Assembly: GCA_044892525.1 (NCBI GenBank)
Contig: CM097885.1
Location: forward strand, 29,266,001-29,330,000
Length of the DNA stretch: 64,000 bases
Source of the DNA: Schmidtea polychroa
Lineage: Eukaryota
Direction of reading: 5' to 3'
Numbering within the stretch: the stretch's first letter is position 1; each line of letters starts with the position of its first letter. Position numbers and translations under genes: made by a program. Of this stretch, positions 12,745 to 26,500 are shown piece by piece. The notes beneath the pieces were generated by a model. The model did no database searches and was not told the origin of the DNA. It worked only from the letters and a program-made list of their open reading frames with translations.

Positions 12745-14353
12745 AATTTAAAAAATTTTGTAAAATGATTTGCGCTTCGCTTCATTTTTCTGTTGTTTGA
12801 TTGGAGTCTTCAGAAAGTTCTTCAAGAAGATCAATGATTTCATTGAGTTGCAAAAAATTACTTTTACAGCTTCAGATCTTGCACTCTATCTTGTGGTTGT
12901 TTCACATTTCAAAGTTAATTGTACAGCATCTTTTAATTTTTGCCATCGTAAAGTAGAACGTGAAAAAAAGCAAATATTTTCTCAATAGAGCCAAAAAATG
13001 TCATTACAATTGGATCAGTTGCAGCTGAATGTAGTCCATCCAGATTATGACTATGATTGTCGTAATTTATAAATAAAGAGCGATGATTCAAATTACAAAT
13101 TCTCTTTTGAAGACAAGAAATACGCCCTTTCATAATTGCTGCGTTATCGTAGCATTGAGAAAGACAATTTGAGATATCTAAATTATCCAATTTTAATGAA
13201 TTAATAATTGTCATTTCAAGTGTTTAAGTATCTTTTGCTTTTAGTTCTATAAATCCAAGAAATGTTTCCTTAATTTCAACATTTTTATTTTCAAAATTGA
13301 TGTCGACATAACGAATTAGTTTTGCTAATTGTTCAAGATGTTGTAAATTAGAAGTGGAGCATCCCAAAATATTTATTTTTTCTAATATTCTTGAGCAAAT
13401 CATTCTTCACTGTCGTTGCAAGTAATGGAATAAATTTATTTTGAATAGCTGGTGATAACTGAATCATATTGAGACAATAATTCAACCAGACTCAAAAATT
13501 TTCCTTTATTATGCATGTTTGCATGACTTAATGTTTCAATATGTCCTCGTAATCCTAAATTTTGAAATGCCAGATATTTAATGCACAATAAAAAGCGTTT
13601 TAATATATCTCTCCATCGATTTCGTTCTGACTGAATATGTTGCTCTAAATTCACATCAATTCCAACACAATCATTTAAGCTTCGTTCAGTTTCCTTCCAA
13701 ATTGAAAATAACTTACTATGTACTGCACGATTTTCATGATCTTGAACTCTTTCAGTGTGTCTCCAGCTGTTAAAACCATTTGGTGATGAAAATGACGATT
13801 TGCAATTGGAGTTATAAAATAATACACAGCAAAAACAAAAAGCTGCTTTTTTATGAGGAGAATAGACAAGCCAAGTTCGATTTACTTCAGTTCCATTAGC
13901 TAAAGTTCGCTTAAACCATGGAGCATTCATAGATCGTCCACCACTGACATCAAATTCAGAATTGGAATTTTGAAATAATGCTGAACCATGCGATACAATT
14001 TCTTTTAAAACACTGTGAGATTTTTGGCTGAATTGAATCAAAATCAATAAATCCCATATCATGATATTTTAATACGTTGGGTATATCAATATTTTGAGAC
14101 TTTGAACTTTCAATATACTCGACTATCTCAATATCTTTCACACTATTTATATCGCTATCTTTTTCACTTTTCATGTCAGAATCGTTTTCAAAACTATGAG
14201 TTTCATTAATATTAAGCATTTCATCATCTGATTCATTTTGAATTGTATTAAAATTATTAAACTTTTCATCAGTTGACTTGATTTTCTTGCATCTTCGTCC
14301 AAAACTTTTTGTCTTTTACGACGTTGAAATCCACTGGGTTTATTTCCTGACAT
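12745..14353 (-). pseudogene. ZMYM1-like hAT transposase, N-terminal and central part, frameshifted
   Basis: MSGNKPSGFQRRKRQK start; TTF-type zinc finger RTWLVYSPHKKAAFCFCCVLF..GFNSW..HE; LAFQNLGLRGH..GKFLSLVELLSQYD; QCYDNAAIMKG; several frameshifts and stops. Confidence 0.88.
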
Positions 14354-17299
14354 TTTGCTTTGTTAACACTTTTATTAATTTAAACACTAAATAAAAATAA
14401 AATAATAAAAATTCTTAATAAATATTCAATTTTCACTCATAATTATATTTTCACTAATAAATTTACAAATATTTAATCACACTTACAGTAATGAATAAAA
14501 AATTGATAAAAATTGACCACTTTTTAGGAATTTATCACTCTTTAAGATAAAAATAAATTAATTCTCATTTAATAATATTTTTATTAGAAGTTTGAATTTC
14601 TTATGTAATGAATATTTTTAATGAAAGAAAAAATGCATGCGTAAATTCAAAGTTTAAGGTTCAAATCTTAGGATGGACAAGGAAAGAAATCCGTTAAAAT
14701 TCAAAAAAGAAAAATAGAAAATAAAAAGCGCGCCAAAAATACAATAGTTTCGACAAATGTCGATAAAATTCCCGTGTCCATCATAAGGTTCAAATTTTAC
14801 AAATTTATAAAAAAATAAAATTGTTTTTTTTTCTTTAAATATTTATTATAAAAACATTTGACAAAACAAAAAAAAATTCCTTAAGGTTCTATTTTATATA
14901 ATAATCTTTAGAGGTATATAAATTTTGTTACTTTTTTATTGTACAAACAATTTTAATCACATAAGGCTAATGTATGTATATATCAGTTATTAGTTTATTT
15001 TATATCTAAATAATATTAAGTATAAAAATTAAATATTTTATCGATTCTGCGCCTCCCGGAGCTAAAGCCCCTAGTTACGCCACTGTCGCTTTGATATAAA
15101 TAATATTGATATATGAGTTTAAATAATATTATTGACCAATTAAAATCTTTTGACTTATTATTAAACCAATGAGGATATATATTTATCCAAATGAAAATGA
15201 CCAGTCGGTGCCGATAGCGCTGGCTTTTCCATTTGTATTTTTTGTAAACTTGCACTCTAGTAGCTATTGCTAAAATTACAACACGCTCTTAGCTATTACG
15301 TAAAAAGGCCATCGTGGTTTAATTGTTTTTTTGGAAAGCTTGTAATTCTTTCCAGTTATTTATAACTATTGGTTTCCCCGTTGGTAATTTTATCATGTTT
15401 TCCTCGAACTGTCTTGGTGTTATCTCTCAGTTTTTTATATATTTGTTTGATAGATTTATATGTTGTTTCGCTATTTATGTTTTTTCACCGTTTGCGATGA
15501 CTGTTGGGTGGATATTGAATTTTTGGTAGTTGTTATGATATTCATTGGTATAATTTTCTCTATCGGTTTATATCTGTTTATTGTAGTGGTTCTTATTCTT
15601 TTGCATCTTATCTGTGATGTGTCTACTAAGGTATTCCAATGTGTACATAGAGTATAACTGGCGTTAGGTTGTAGGTTTATGAATTCGACACTATCGCCTT
15701 TCTCAAATTCGTTAGTCGACCTATCCTCATTTTTTCATGAGTTTAGATGTACTGTCCCTTTTTTCTAGATATTGGCGATTTATTTATATTATATATTTTA
15801 ACCTTATAAGGTGAGATGTTAATTAATTAATTAGGTTTCGAGATCATACATTAGCATTTTTATGAACAGATTCAAATGACTTCTTGTACGACATGATAAA
15901 AATTTCTCAATACCAACTAAATGCTTTAGAGTCTAAAGTTTAGACTGTCACGCTAAAAAATTAAAAAATGGTAAATAAGAAATTGTATTTGCACATTTTA
16001 CAAATGACACACTATATAACTCACATTATGTATTTTAAAAAATGCGTTAATGGGGGACATTATTCGTAAATTTATTAAAACAAAATTGATTTTTCCTATT
16101 TTCACATAATTGTTCATCATTTCGAAAGGGATCCAACGAAATTTTTTTCAAAAATTTAAAAACTCATTACCCTTATGCATATTACCTGTTCTGAGATTTT
16201 AGTAAAGTGTTTAAATAGGTTTTGTATCTTATGTAAACTCATACTAAGAGAGAAGTCAGATCATTAGTGGCCGGATCCACTGTAACTGTGTATTTGGATC
16301 TGCTTCGGTTCGTTCGTTTTTAACGCCAGGCCAAATTCGTTGGAACGAGCAGCTCTTGCTCAAGATATCTTAGGAGCTCTTGTCTCGCCTCGTACTCTGA
16401 CGGGGTTATAATTCTCGATCCGCACCCGGAATAACTCCCTCGTAAATATCGTGTTCTATCGAGCACAGTTTAGCGACGGCCTTTCTCATTGCCTGGTAGG
16501 CACAGAATCGAGTTGCATATATGTGATTTTGTACGGTTTCCCGTTGAATGATTATCATGGGTGGGGTTTCCTTTGATCTCCTCGGTGGCCTCATTCGGTC
16601 TACGCAATTCCGATTAGAGTTTTTATACGGTAGCCTCGGTCATGTTGTTGTACTCTCAGTCTTTCTCTTTCCCGAGGGTTCCTGTAGTTTCTCCGTCTAG
16701 TCAAACCAATTAAATCAATATTTATAATAACATATTTAAACTTTATTTTAATATGTTACTAATTTGACAATATAATTTGAAAATCTATCTTACTTTAATT
16801 CTAAATGAAAATGCAAAGTAATGTAGATGACAACATTGGTGTCAGAAGCGTGGCTCAAGAAAGTAGTCACATTTAAATGAAAATTCCAAATAATCAGTCG
16901 AAGCCCAAACCTCAAAACATTCGAAATACAACTTCCGACTAGAAACCTTCTTGTTTCGGTAGACAAGCTAAAACATGCGTACATTTCAGGTTATAACAAA
17001 TTACTCCTTCGGACTTCTATTGCAAAAACGAATAACATCGAATTGGAAAAATTCAAAATTCAAATTAATTAAAATAAAAATTACTTTAGAAATAAAATTA
17101 ATTGTAATTATTTAAAATAAAAATTAAGTGAGATAGCATAAAAATCAAAACCAAAATAAAAGAAAACGACTAATCAAATATTTTTTCGATAACAAATAGA
17201 ACAATAACAAACAGCAAAGTGAATTCTGAAAAATAAATACAACATTAACAATAGATTACAAAATATAGCAAAAACATTGAATAGAACAAACACCTGCGA

Positions 17300-17680
17300 A
17301 TTTGCAGGATATATTTGAAAGGCGACTAACCTTTGAAAAAGTTCAAAAGTACGAAGAATTGGGAAAATCACTTGAAATCACCGAAAAAATGGATTGGAAT
17401 AATTTACAGATACGAAAAGAAAAACGAAATAATTTACAAATGAAAAAGATTGCAGACCACAAATTTATTCGTGAGAACGGTGGAATAATTCGCTGAGTTT
17501 CGTAGAGCCAAGGAAAAGACGTAAAATTGTGGTTGATAATCACTATTTAAGTATAGGTAAAAATATATCTGACTTACATTATAATGAAGATAATTCCGAT
17601 AATCCAAATAAAAATAATTCCATAGAAATTGATAATGTCTGGAGAATAATCTGAAAATTGATTAAAAACAATTTGAAATA
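17300..17680 (+). mobile_element. Second remnant of the same Tc1-like family
   Basis: ctttgaaaaagttcaaaagtacgaagaattgg..ataatttacagata and atatatctgacttacattata match the reverse complement of 24300-24590. Confidence 0.55.
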
Positions 17681-17686
17681 AGGAGG

Positions 17687-18151
17687 TTGTTCAAGTTATT
17701 TGAAAACCTATGGAAGGACCGAGAAGAGGCTCAACAACAAGCAGAAGGTTTCCGAACCAGAATCGAAAAGATCAAAGGGCGGTGCCGGGAATTCGAAGGC
17801 ACTTGGTTTAGTCCGGCCGAAATGAAGAAAAAGATGTCTCAAATACTACAACTTCAGACTCAAGCCGAACAAGATCAAACTGAAATCCGTGCGTTAAAGT
17901 TACAGATACGCGCGTTAGAAACCAAGCTGAATCAACAACTTATCAACGAGACCACAACAGCACAGATTCGCCCTCTGCCAACCGAGCTGACCGAAATATA
18001 TTCACCGGCTCCGTCAACCAAAACGAAGCGTAAACGGTTAGGGCGAAACACCCGCGAAAAACTAAAGAAACTCCGGGCAAGAGCAGCAAGAGGACCTAAC
18101 CAAAACTCAACCATCAAAGGTGTTGTAACCGAGAATACATTTTGTGATTAA
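17687..18151 (+). pseudogene. ELEGTWFSP-family ORF copy 2 (5' end probably truncated)
   Basis: IEKIKGRCREFEGTWFSPAEMKK, heptad-like region, KRKRLGRNTREKLKKLR basic tract; non-ATG start abutting a Tc1-like remnant. Confidence 0.65.
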
Positions 18152-21100
18152 GCATATAATAAATTAATCAATACGATTGTTTCAACTATATAAAGGAACT
18201 CGAACTCAGAAGCGATCGGTATTCTGGTTCAGGTATAGACGAACAATTTGACAGTAACATTGAGGGGGAAATAAAGTCAGAAGATAGAACTAATGGAAAG
18301 GAAATAAAAAGAACCAAGTAAAGAAAATAGGTGATTATTGTTACAAAACGTGCAGAACCAAAGCGTTTACAGCGAGACTTATTGAATATTCATCATAGGC
18401 ATTTTATTTCGATATTCGGAGTTTTGTAAATTTTAGATTATACGAATTTGAATACAACTGTCCGTTGAGTATGGTTTGTCTAATTGTTTTTACAGAACAC
18501 GTGGAGTCAGACTGTAATATTTATCTAATAAAAATCTCAACAAACTGCTATTTTCATGATCAATGCTATAAACGTATGAATTTTATAAGGTATTTTTTTA
18601 ATTTTCTTTCGATACGTCCTTTATTTTCCTAAAATATTATTGTTACCGTATGTATGTATGTATATATGTAAGTTTTGAATCGTTGTGATAAAATAAAGAA
18701 GTGCATTGCAATCGAAAGTTTGAGGACATGCTGTTTATTGAGAGTTAATTTTGCACATTTGCTCTTAATTGAAACAAACTATTTGTACTAAATATTTTTA
18801 ATTTATATTGTTGTAAAATCTTTCACTATTTCCTAGATCAATACAAGTAAAACAAGTCGGTTCGAAATTGCAACATGAAAAGATATTGAAACCTTTGTCT
18901 CTCCTTACCAGCATCGTCAAGGACATTAGAGATATTAATCGCGTTAATACTGAACGTGTTAGTACTGGTACCAAATTTGCGTTGTACGAATGGTTAAAAA
19001 GTTAAAGGAATTTATTTTTTTGATTTTTTTTACAAATTTTTCGCTAATTTATTAAATTTGAATTTGATAATTTCATTAGTGGGTTAGTCTTATGAAATTA
19101 TTGTAGAAATGATTATTTTATTCTTTTATATTTTTAAACTTGCTAATCCAATTATAATCCAATTCAAAATTTGTTATCAAATTCGCTTAATTTTTGGCAG
19201 TATTACTGAAGCTAGACTTTACTTTTATCGGATCATGTTATCCAGTGCCCTTAACATTTAATATTTCCAATGAAATTCATTATTTTTTAAACATTTCTAA
19301 TGAAATTAATTTATTTCGTGCATAATTGGCTATTGTTAAGGAATTGGAATTCAGTCCAAGTTGGCAAAGCGTCCAATAAGCTTGTTGATATTCACCATTT
19401 CATACAATATTCTAGCATTTTTATCATTTCTATTATAGTTTTAATTTCTAGTTCGTTTTTAACGTTATTTTGTGGAATATTTCCTTTATCGTTTATAAGA
19501 TTCGAACTATTCGGTGGGGCAGAGTCTATGATGGAACTTTTCATGTTCTCGGTTACAAAATGAAAATTAACTCCTATTTGCTTGATATTTTTATTACGGA
19601 ATAAAATTACATTTAACATATTTTAGAAGAAAGTATGAAAATTGATTTGATAAAAATATTTAAATAAAAAGAGCGAGGTGTAATATCTGAATTGTCGTGA
19701 TATAAGGATTACCGAAACTCATATATCGAGAATGAGAAATTATGCATTGCATTTCCACAAATCGTTCATGGGTTTCCTTTACAATTTTTCATTTGGAAAC
19801 ATCTTTAATTTCTTGATTTTCTTAAATATAATTTATAAAATCATATATTATATCTCAAACACTGCTTATTGATACAACAGGAAACAATTCAACATGTCCA
19901 TAATCAGCAAATTAGTGAACAAACGCCAGTTTTACTTCTTAGTGATAAGAGTGGTATGTTGACAATGTGGATTAATACCTCCCATGAATATTTTCTAAGT
20001 TTAAATTTCTGCTAGATGCTAGAGATTTATTATTGTTCTTTGTTTCCGTCTCAAATCCTGGACTATTTTTGTGAGGTTTTCTTATCAAAATTGGTGTTCA
20101 TTTTCAATGAGATGTCATATTGTTCGGAATTTGGTCTCAATAGAAAAGTATATTTATCAATTGCTGATTATAATATCGAAGTCTATTAATAAATGTATTG
20201 CTAGGGTAGCAGAAAATAATTGTTTCCTTTAGTTTAAGCTTGGAGAATTTCATTTCTTAGAAATTCTTTACTGGTAAAAATTTGAGAGACCAAGTTGATT
20301 AACTTTTCAGTAATTATATTCTTTATTTGTGGACATAAATAAATTATCTTTATTTGATCACAAAGAAAATAAACACAAATTTTCTAATTTTTATCAAAAA
20401 ATATGTCAAACTCCATTCTGCAAATTCCATGATGTAACGCATAACCTTCATAAATTGCCATAGTATGTGTCCAGAATATAAAACAATAACAGTAGTTTAT
20501 CTGGGAACATAAAGCGACAGAAAAGCTTGGATGGCAATACCCGTAGCAAGAACCTTGAATGTTTTAAATATTATTGAGATTTTAGGCTAAAACTGAATTA
20601 TAGACCCAAAACTAGTTCAACACAGTCAAAGATACACTAGCCAAGATTATAATTCTTCACTACCTGTGTCATGACCTCCCATTCTCACTCACAACAGGCG
20701 CATTAAATATCGCCGCCGGCTCAGTCGTTCATCAAATTAAAGACAATATATCGCCCAGGCACGATCACTGTCCAACGGTTGTGCTCAAGCCAGAGCCAAC
20801 CATCAATCCAGATCGCATAGCACGGACTCAGGTCGTCAACAATATAAATCAAGCCATCACTCGTTTACGGCGGGTCTAGATGGAAATCGAAGTGGGCTTC
20901 ATTGAGAAAAGAGGCGGTGAGTATTTGTATAAACGCAATGGCGATTGAAGAATGAATTGTTCGAGATATAATACGGACAAACCAAGACACCCGATTTCGT
21001 TTCGTCGAGCCCCAGCGAAAGCGCAGATGTCCCTGTAAAGTCAACCAAAGATTGCATTAGGACTGCTTAAAATTTAATGTGTATAATATAGATTAAATAA

Positions 21101-21404
21101 AAATGTTTAAATCTTATGAATTTATTTGGAATGGGAATGATGTGAGATGGCATAGTACAAGCAACGAGAATGCGGAATGATGCCAAAGTATGAGGGGTTA
21201 AATCACCATGATTTTTCTTTTATTCAATATATTAAGTTGGGAAAATAGAAGGGCCATGAAATAAGGTCCTCAAATAAAAATAAACAAGGTTTCAAAAATG
21301 ACTCTTACTAGAGGGAGTGAAGAAGGCTAGTGAAGCGCCCTTATATAAAAATTGCCTGAATATATTTATAAAGATGATGTACCTCGATAATTTCATATTA
21401 TTTA

Positions 21405-21800
21405 GTGATTCAATTAATGAAAATCAGAGAGCCGATAGGGAAGCGGCACAAAAATAGACATATCAACAAGCTCAAAGGACGGTGCCGGGAACTCGAAGGC
21501 ACTTGGTTTAGTCCCACTAAAATGAACAAACACCTGAAGCTTATCCAAAAACTACAGTTCCATAGCGCCCAAGACCAAGCAGAGTTAAAATCTCTCAGAC
21601 TCCAGATCTGTCATATAGAAACACGGATACGCCAAAGCTGTATCAATCAAGCCGTATCCAGCAAATTCGACCAGTGGATGTAGAATTGCAAGAGATAGCT
21701 GAGCAACGGACTACAGCGCGGAAAAGGAAATACCCCGCTAAAGCCAAATGCACTCGACTCAAGACTTGCAAAAAGTTGTCGCGACCAAGAATCTAACAAA
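21405..21800 (+). pseudogene. ELEGTWFSP-family ORF copy 3 (frameshifted)
   Basis: INKLKGRCRELEGTWFSPTKMNK..QDQAELKSLRLQI; DNA cggtgccgggaa..cgaaggcacttggtttagtcc nearly identical to copy 2. Confidence 0.65.
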
Positions 21801-23414
21801 ATAGTGGAGCGTATGTGATTTTCTCTTTATATAAATAAATCTGGTCATGATTTTATGTCTACCTTGTGAAATGATAAGGTGAAGTGGGAAATTGAGCAGA
21901 GTAGTAGAATGAGGAAGTCGGACACTACTGGCAGTCCGTGAACCTGCTCGAGTACATGCCGATTATAGTATACTTTCTTTTGAAATTTAAAAATAAATAA
22001 CAAAATTTGAAACCACAATTTGAATAAAACATTAAATCACTTCCAAAAATCTAATTTCCCAAAAACACGAATACTTTCAGAATAATCCAAAACTTACACA
22101 AATCAGCATAATCAAATGACAAAATTCACACACCACTCGGCATGTGCAAAGTCACAAACGCGATTAGTTGGAATTAACCACAAATGATTCCAAATAAAAT
22201 TGATTTTACTGTTTTATAAAAATTAAGATTAAATGATTTTCAGATAAAAAATCAGATTGTCAATAAATAGAATTTATGGTTTTCGAAAGCGAGTGGGGAT
22301 AAGTGTATAATTGTTGATGGGATGTGAAACTTTCAGAAACAATGTCTTTTTGTTTACTCAGTGTCTACGCGGTTCAATTGTCGGGGACCTTAATGTCAGT
22401 TCTGTTTTGTCCTGGGCCTTTTTGACGGGTCACCCATAATCATTTCGACGTCATTTGAATGATTTTTCAGTGAAACAAAATGTTTTATTCAATAGCCTAC
22501 AGAATATTTCTACACATGTCTTACCTAAATTTTGATATAAAAATGTTTAACAAAAATATTTTCCAGGTGATTTCACGTTGTTCTTGTCTCATTAAAATTA
22601 ATTTTCTTTAATAAGACTGAAAATATTAATTTGAATTTCTGAAATTTATTGAAATGGATTTAATTAAATTTGTGATTGAATCTAAATATAATCATTTAAT
22701 TGCTAAAATCAAATTAATTTTTTAAAAACTCAGTTAAAATTATTAAGAAAAGTCATTAAACTAGAATTTTTTTTCGAGATATCGACAAAATCTTTTCGTT
22801 TATTACTGTAATTACTGAACACAATAGAAGTAAAATGACTCTTGATTGAGCACAGGAAAATCTTAACTCTCATATCTTATTTCGTTCAATTAAGGGAAAA
22901 TTTTCATGGGTGCTTGTTCGCATCTGAATAATTCAATGAAAATATATGTCCGTAACAATAATATTTTTATAAATATTATATTAAATTTCGAAGTGAATGT
23001 GAAAGTTTTATTTCTTTCTTCGACGTCAAAACTATTTCAAAGAAAAATTAAATAAAACGAATTCATTCCAAGATAGAACTCAACCTTCAAATTAACATTT
23101 TGGAAAGAATTATGGATAATTAAAATTGAATTTGTTTTATAAATAATTTTTTTTCGTGTTAATAATAAATTATGTTTTAATTAACTGTTTCAATAGATTA
23201 AATTTAAACTGTTTAAAATAATGAATTTTTGAAAAATAGATTTATTATTTATATTAAGTGAATTTAGTAGAGAATGTCTTTTAGAATTTATTTATTTATT
23301 AATTCATTTAATATGCCATTAAAAATTTAGCCATTAATCAAAAACTCAAACATATTTATTGAACCTAAAATCACAATTCAACGAATTTTAATTTAACAGA
23401 AATTCTCAAAAACT

Positions 23415-23592
23415 TTAACGCCCTCCCTGTTGACGTTTTTCTTCTTTTAATTTAACCAAGTCATCAATTCTAAGAATTGTTATCGCGGCTTCTGTTGCAA
23501 ATTTTAGCGATTTTATTTTGATCATGGTTGGCTCAAATATCCCAGCCAATTTGTTATTGGCTATTGTATAATTCTGAAGATCTAATCCCATC
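23415..23592 (-). CDS. TCP1: TCP1 exon 5 (last coding exon, missed by the ORF track)
   Basis: ttctag acceptor, then G completing the Trp codon and MGLDLQNYTIANNKLAGIFEPTMIKIKSLKFATEAAITILRIDDLVKLKEEKRQQGGR-TAA, the conserved CCT C-terminus. Confidence 0.93.
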
Positions 23593-26500
23593 CTAGAATT
23601 TATGACAAGTTAATTTATTTTAAAATTTAAATTACACTATATTTAATTCAATATTTAATATAAGTTTTTAATTTTCTTTTAATTATTAACAGGCGTCACA
23701 AGAGGACAGCGGTTTTGATGTACATATAAAAAGATAAATAAAAATATTTTCATTTTATAATAACTTTGCAATCTCATAATAGATCAAATATATATGAAAA
23801 CTATTTTGGTAACTGGTTGCCACGGCAATCATGGAAAGAGATCAATTGTTGATCACGAGTAAGTTAGTAGATTTATTTCAAGTTAACAAATTCTACAGAA
23901 TAAGATCGATAACGTACACAATATAATTAATAAGTGATTGTGCGATGGGCAGTCAAGTACCCAGTTTCATTGGAACATACTGTGTCTTAAGTAACTATAC
24001 AGTGAACAAACGCATTTATAATATAGGTTGGTGTGCACAACCAATTATAAATGCGCCATTACAGTATATCATAATTACAAAATATTTGTGATGAATTAGT
24101 AAATTTAAGATTAACTATTTTACCATTTTATAAATGGCTTTCAAGTAATTTTTTATATTTAAAGTAAATCTTACGACTTGAATTTTGATCCATATAGATA
24201 TGAGATAATTATTCAAGTTCTTAAATATTACTTTTTATCAATATTTGTATTATAAATCATTTATAAATAATTTTCAGGATCTTTTAAGGATTTTTATGAA
24301 GTTATTTGGAATTATTTCGATATAATGTAAGTCAGATATATTTTAACTATATATAAATAAAGTAATCGCCAAACACAATTCTCATTTCTTTCAAAGATGC
24401 ATAAAAATTGGATTCTACGAAATCCAACAAATTATTTCCCTGTTCTTCTGAAATAATTTGTTTTCTGCTACCTCTTCCTTTTGCAAATTTCTCCATATTT
24501 TTTATATCTGTAAATTATTGTTCCAATCGATTGTTTGGTGATTCTAAATAATCCTCCAAATTCTTCATAATTTTCAACATTTTCAAAGGCATTAATTAGT
24601 CGAAATTTGTCATGTTCTATTAAAAAAACAAATATTAAATTTATTAAAAATTGAAGATAAATCTTACGAAATAATGTCTTTATTATCTATGCAACTCAAA
24701 GTTGAGTTTTCGGAATTTTCGTCAAAATTTTTCGGTCATTTTTTTCTAAAAATGTCTGTAAATGATTTATTATATTGTATTTATTCATTATAAAGATTTT
24801 ACATATCGAAATTGTGAGTGTATTTTTTACTATGTGTTGTCTTTGTGTGTGCCAGTTAATTTTTTCTACCGCTTTCTCACTTTCCATATAAAATGCGTTT
24901 GTTCATTGCAACGCTAAAAATCAACACACAGGTAGGTTTGTATGTTTATATAATATACATGTATTTATTATTTTAGATTATAGATGCGTTTGTTTAATGC
25001 AAACGGGTGAATATTGTGCACCAGACATTTATTTTGCAGCTGCCATGGGGGATTGAAATAATAGCTTAAAATGAAAAAATTAATTTTATTCTGATATTTG
25101 ACCATGGCTGATCTAATCGTTTTCGTTTAAAATGTGAAACAGTAGGGTGATTAGTCACTAAACCTTGACGGTACTGCAGTGTAAAGATAACTTTTGCCAT
25201 GATAAAATAATTAAAATTTACGTATAAAGCAAAATTAATCATCAAAAATTAAATTATTTGAAGTAAAATTAAATAAAATATCTTACTTGAAGTAGTTGTA
25301 GGAGCATAAAACTAATTGGTACATTATATTTATTGGATTCCACATCTTTGTACAAAGTGTATCTGGTATCTACGAATTTAGTAATGGCATTGCATGTTAT
25401 TGGATACGACTCTCCTGATTTCCTGTTGTTTGAATATTTGATTGCGATGGTGTAGTCTCCATGATCCCAGCGTAATTGTTTATTTGAACTTAACAGTAGG
25501 TAGTTAGGAGCCCGCTGCAACAATTGGGGGGTACCCCCCCCCCCCCCCCCTGTTGCACGATTTTTTTTGTTGCGCGATTTTTTTTGTTGCAACTTTTTAT
25601 TACGCAATTGTTCCACACTATAGTGAGGGGGTCTCGATGGTCCTGGGATTTTCAATACAAAAAAAATTTTTCAATACAAAAACGATGGTCCTGGGATTTT
25701 CAATACAAAAAATTTTTTTCTATACAAAAATCCGACTACCACTAAAAAAGCCAAGGATTTATCACACTATAGCGAGGGGGTCTCGATGATCCTGGGATTT
25801 TCAATACAAAAAATTTTTTTCTATACAAAAAGGCGGTCTCACTAAAAAAGCATGGAATTTTCAGACTATAGTGAGCGGGTCTCGATGGTCCTGGGATTTT
25901 CAATACAAAAAATTTTTTTCAATACAAAAACGATGGTCCTGGGATTTTCAATACAAAAAATTTTTTTCTATACAAAAAGGCGGTCTACACTAAAAAAGCA
26001 TGGAATTTTCACATTATAGTGAGGGGGTCTCGATGGTCCTGTGATTTTCAATACAAAAAAATTTTTTTCAATACAAAAAGGCGGTCTCACTAAAAAAGCC
26101 AAGGATTATTCACACTATAGTGAGGGGGTCTCGATGGTCCTGAGATTTTCAATACAAAAAAATTTTTTTCTATACAAAAATCCGACTATCACTAAAAAAG
26201 CATGGAATTTTCAGACTATAGTGAGGGGGTCTCCTTGGTCCTGGGATTTTCAATACAAATTTTTTTTTCAATACAAAAATCCGACTACCACTAAAAAAGC
26301 CAAGGATTTTTCAGACTATAGTGAGGTGAGTCTCCTTGGTCCTGAGAAATAGGTGGTCTACACTAAAAAACGTGGTAAATTTTTCAATTAAAGTAAATAA
26401 TGGTCCAAATTTTAAAATTAAAGTAAATTATGGTTCTAAAAATTAAATTATAGTAAATTATGGCTCAAATTTTTGAATTACAGTAATTAATGGTTCTTAA

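Larger units (their letters stand above)
2827..15085 (-). mobile_element. hAT DNA transposon of the ZMYM1-like/DUF4371 (Tip100-type) group, decayed and split by ~9.5 kb of nested insertions
   Basis: TIRs CAGTATGTAACTAGGG and (rc) CAGTGGCGTAACTAGGG; 8-bp TSD acgctttg/tcgctttg (7/8); N-terminal transposase at 14353-12745 and C-terminus at 3191-3054. Confidence 0.85.

Noticed and set aside
25526..25550. Asymmetric G/C tract lengths at the two ends (G6/C17 versus G7/C14 on the plus strand) as flip-flop isomers
   Set aside because: Long homopolymer lengths are unreliable in consensus sequence and cannot be interpreted without reads
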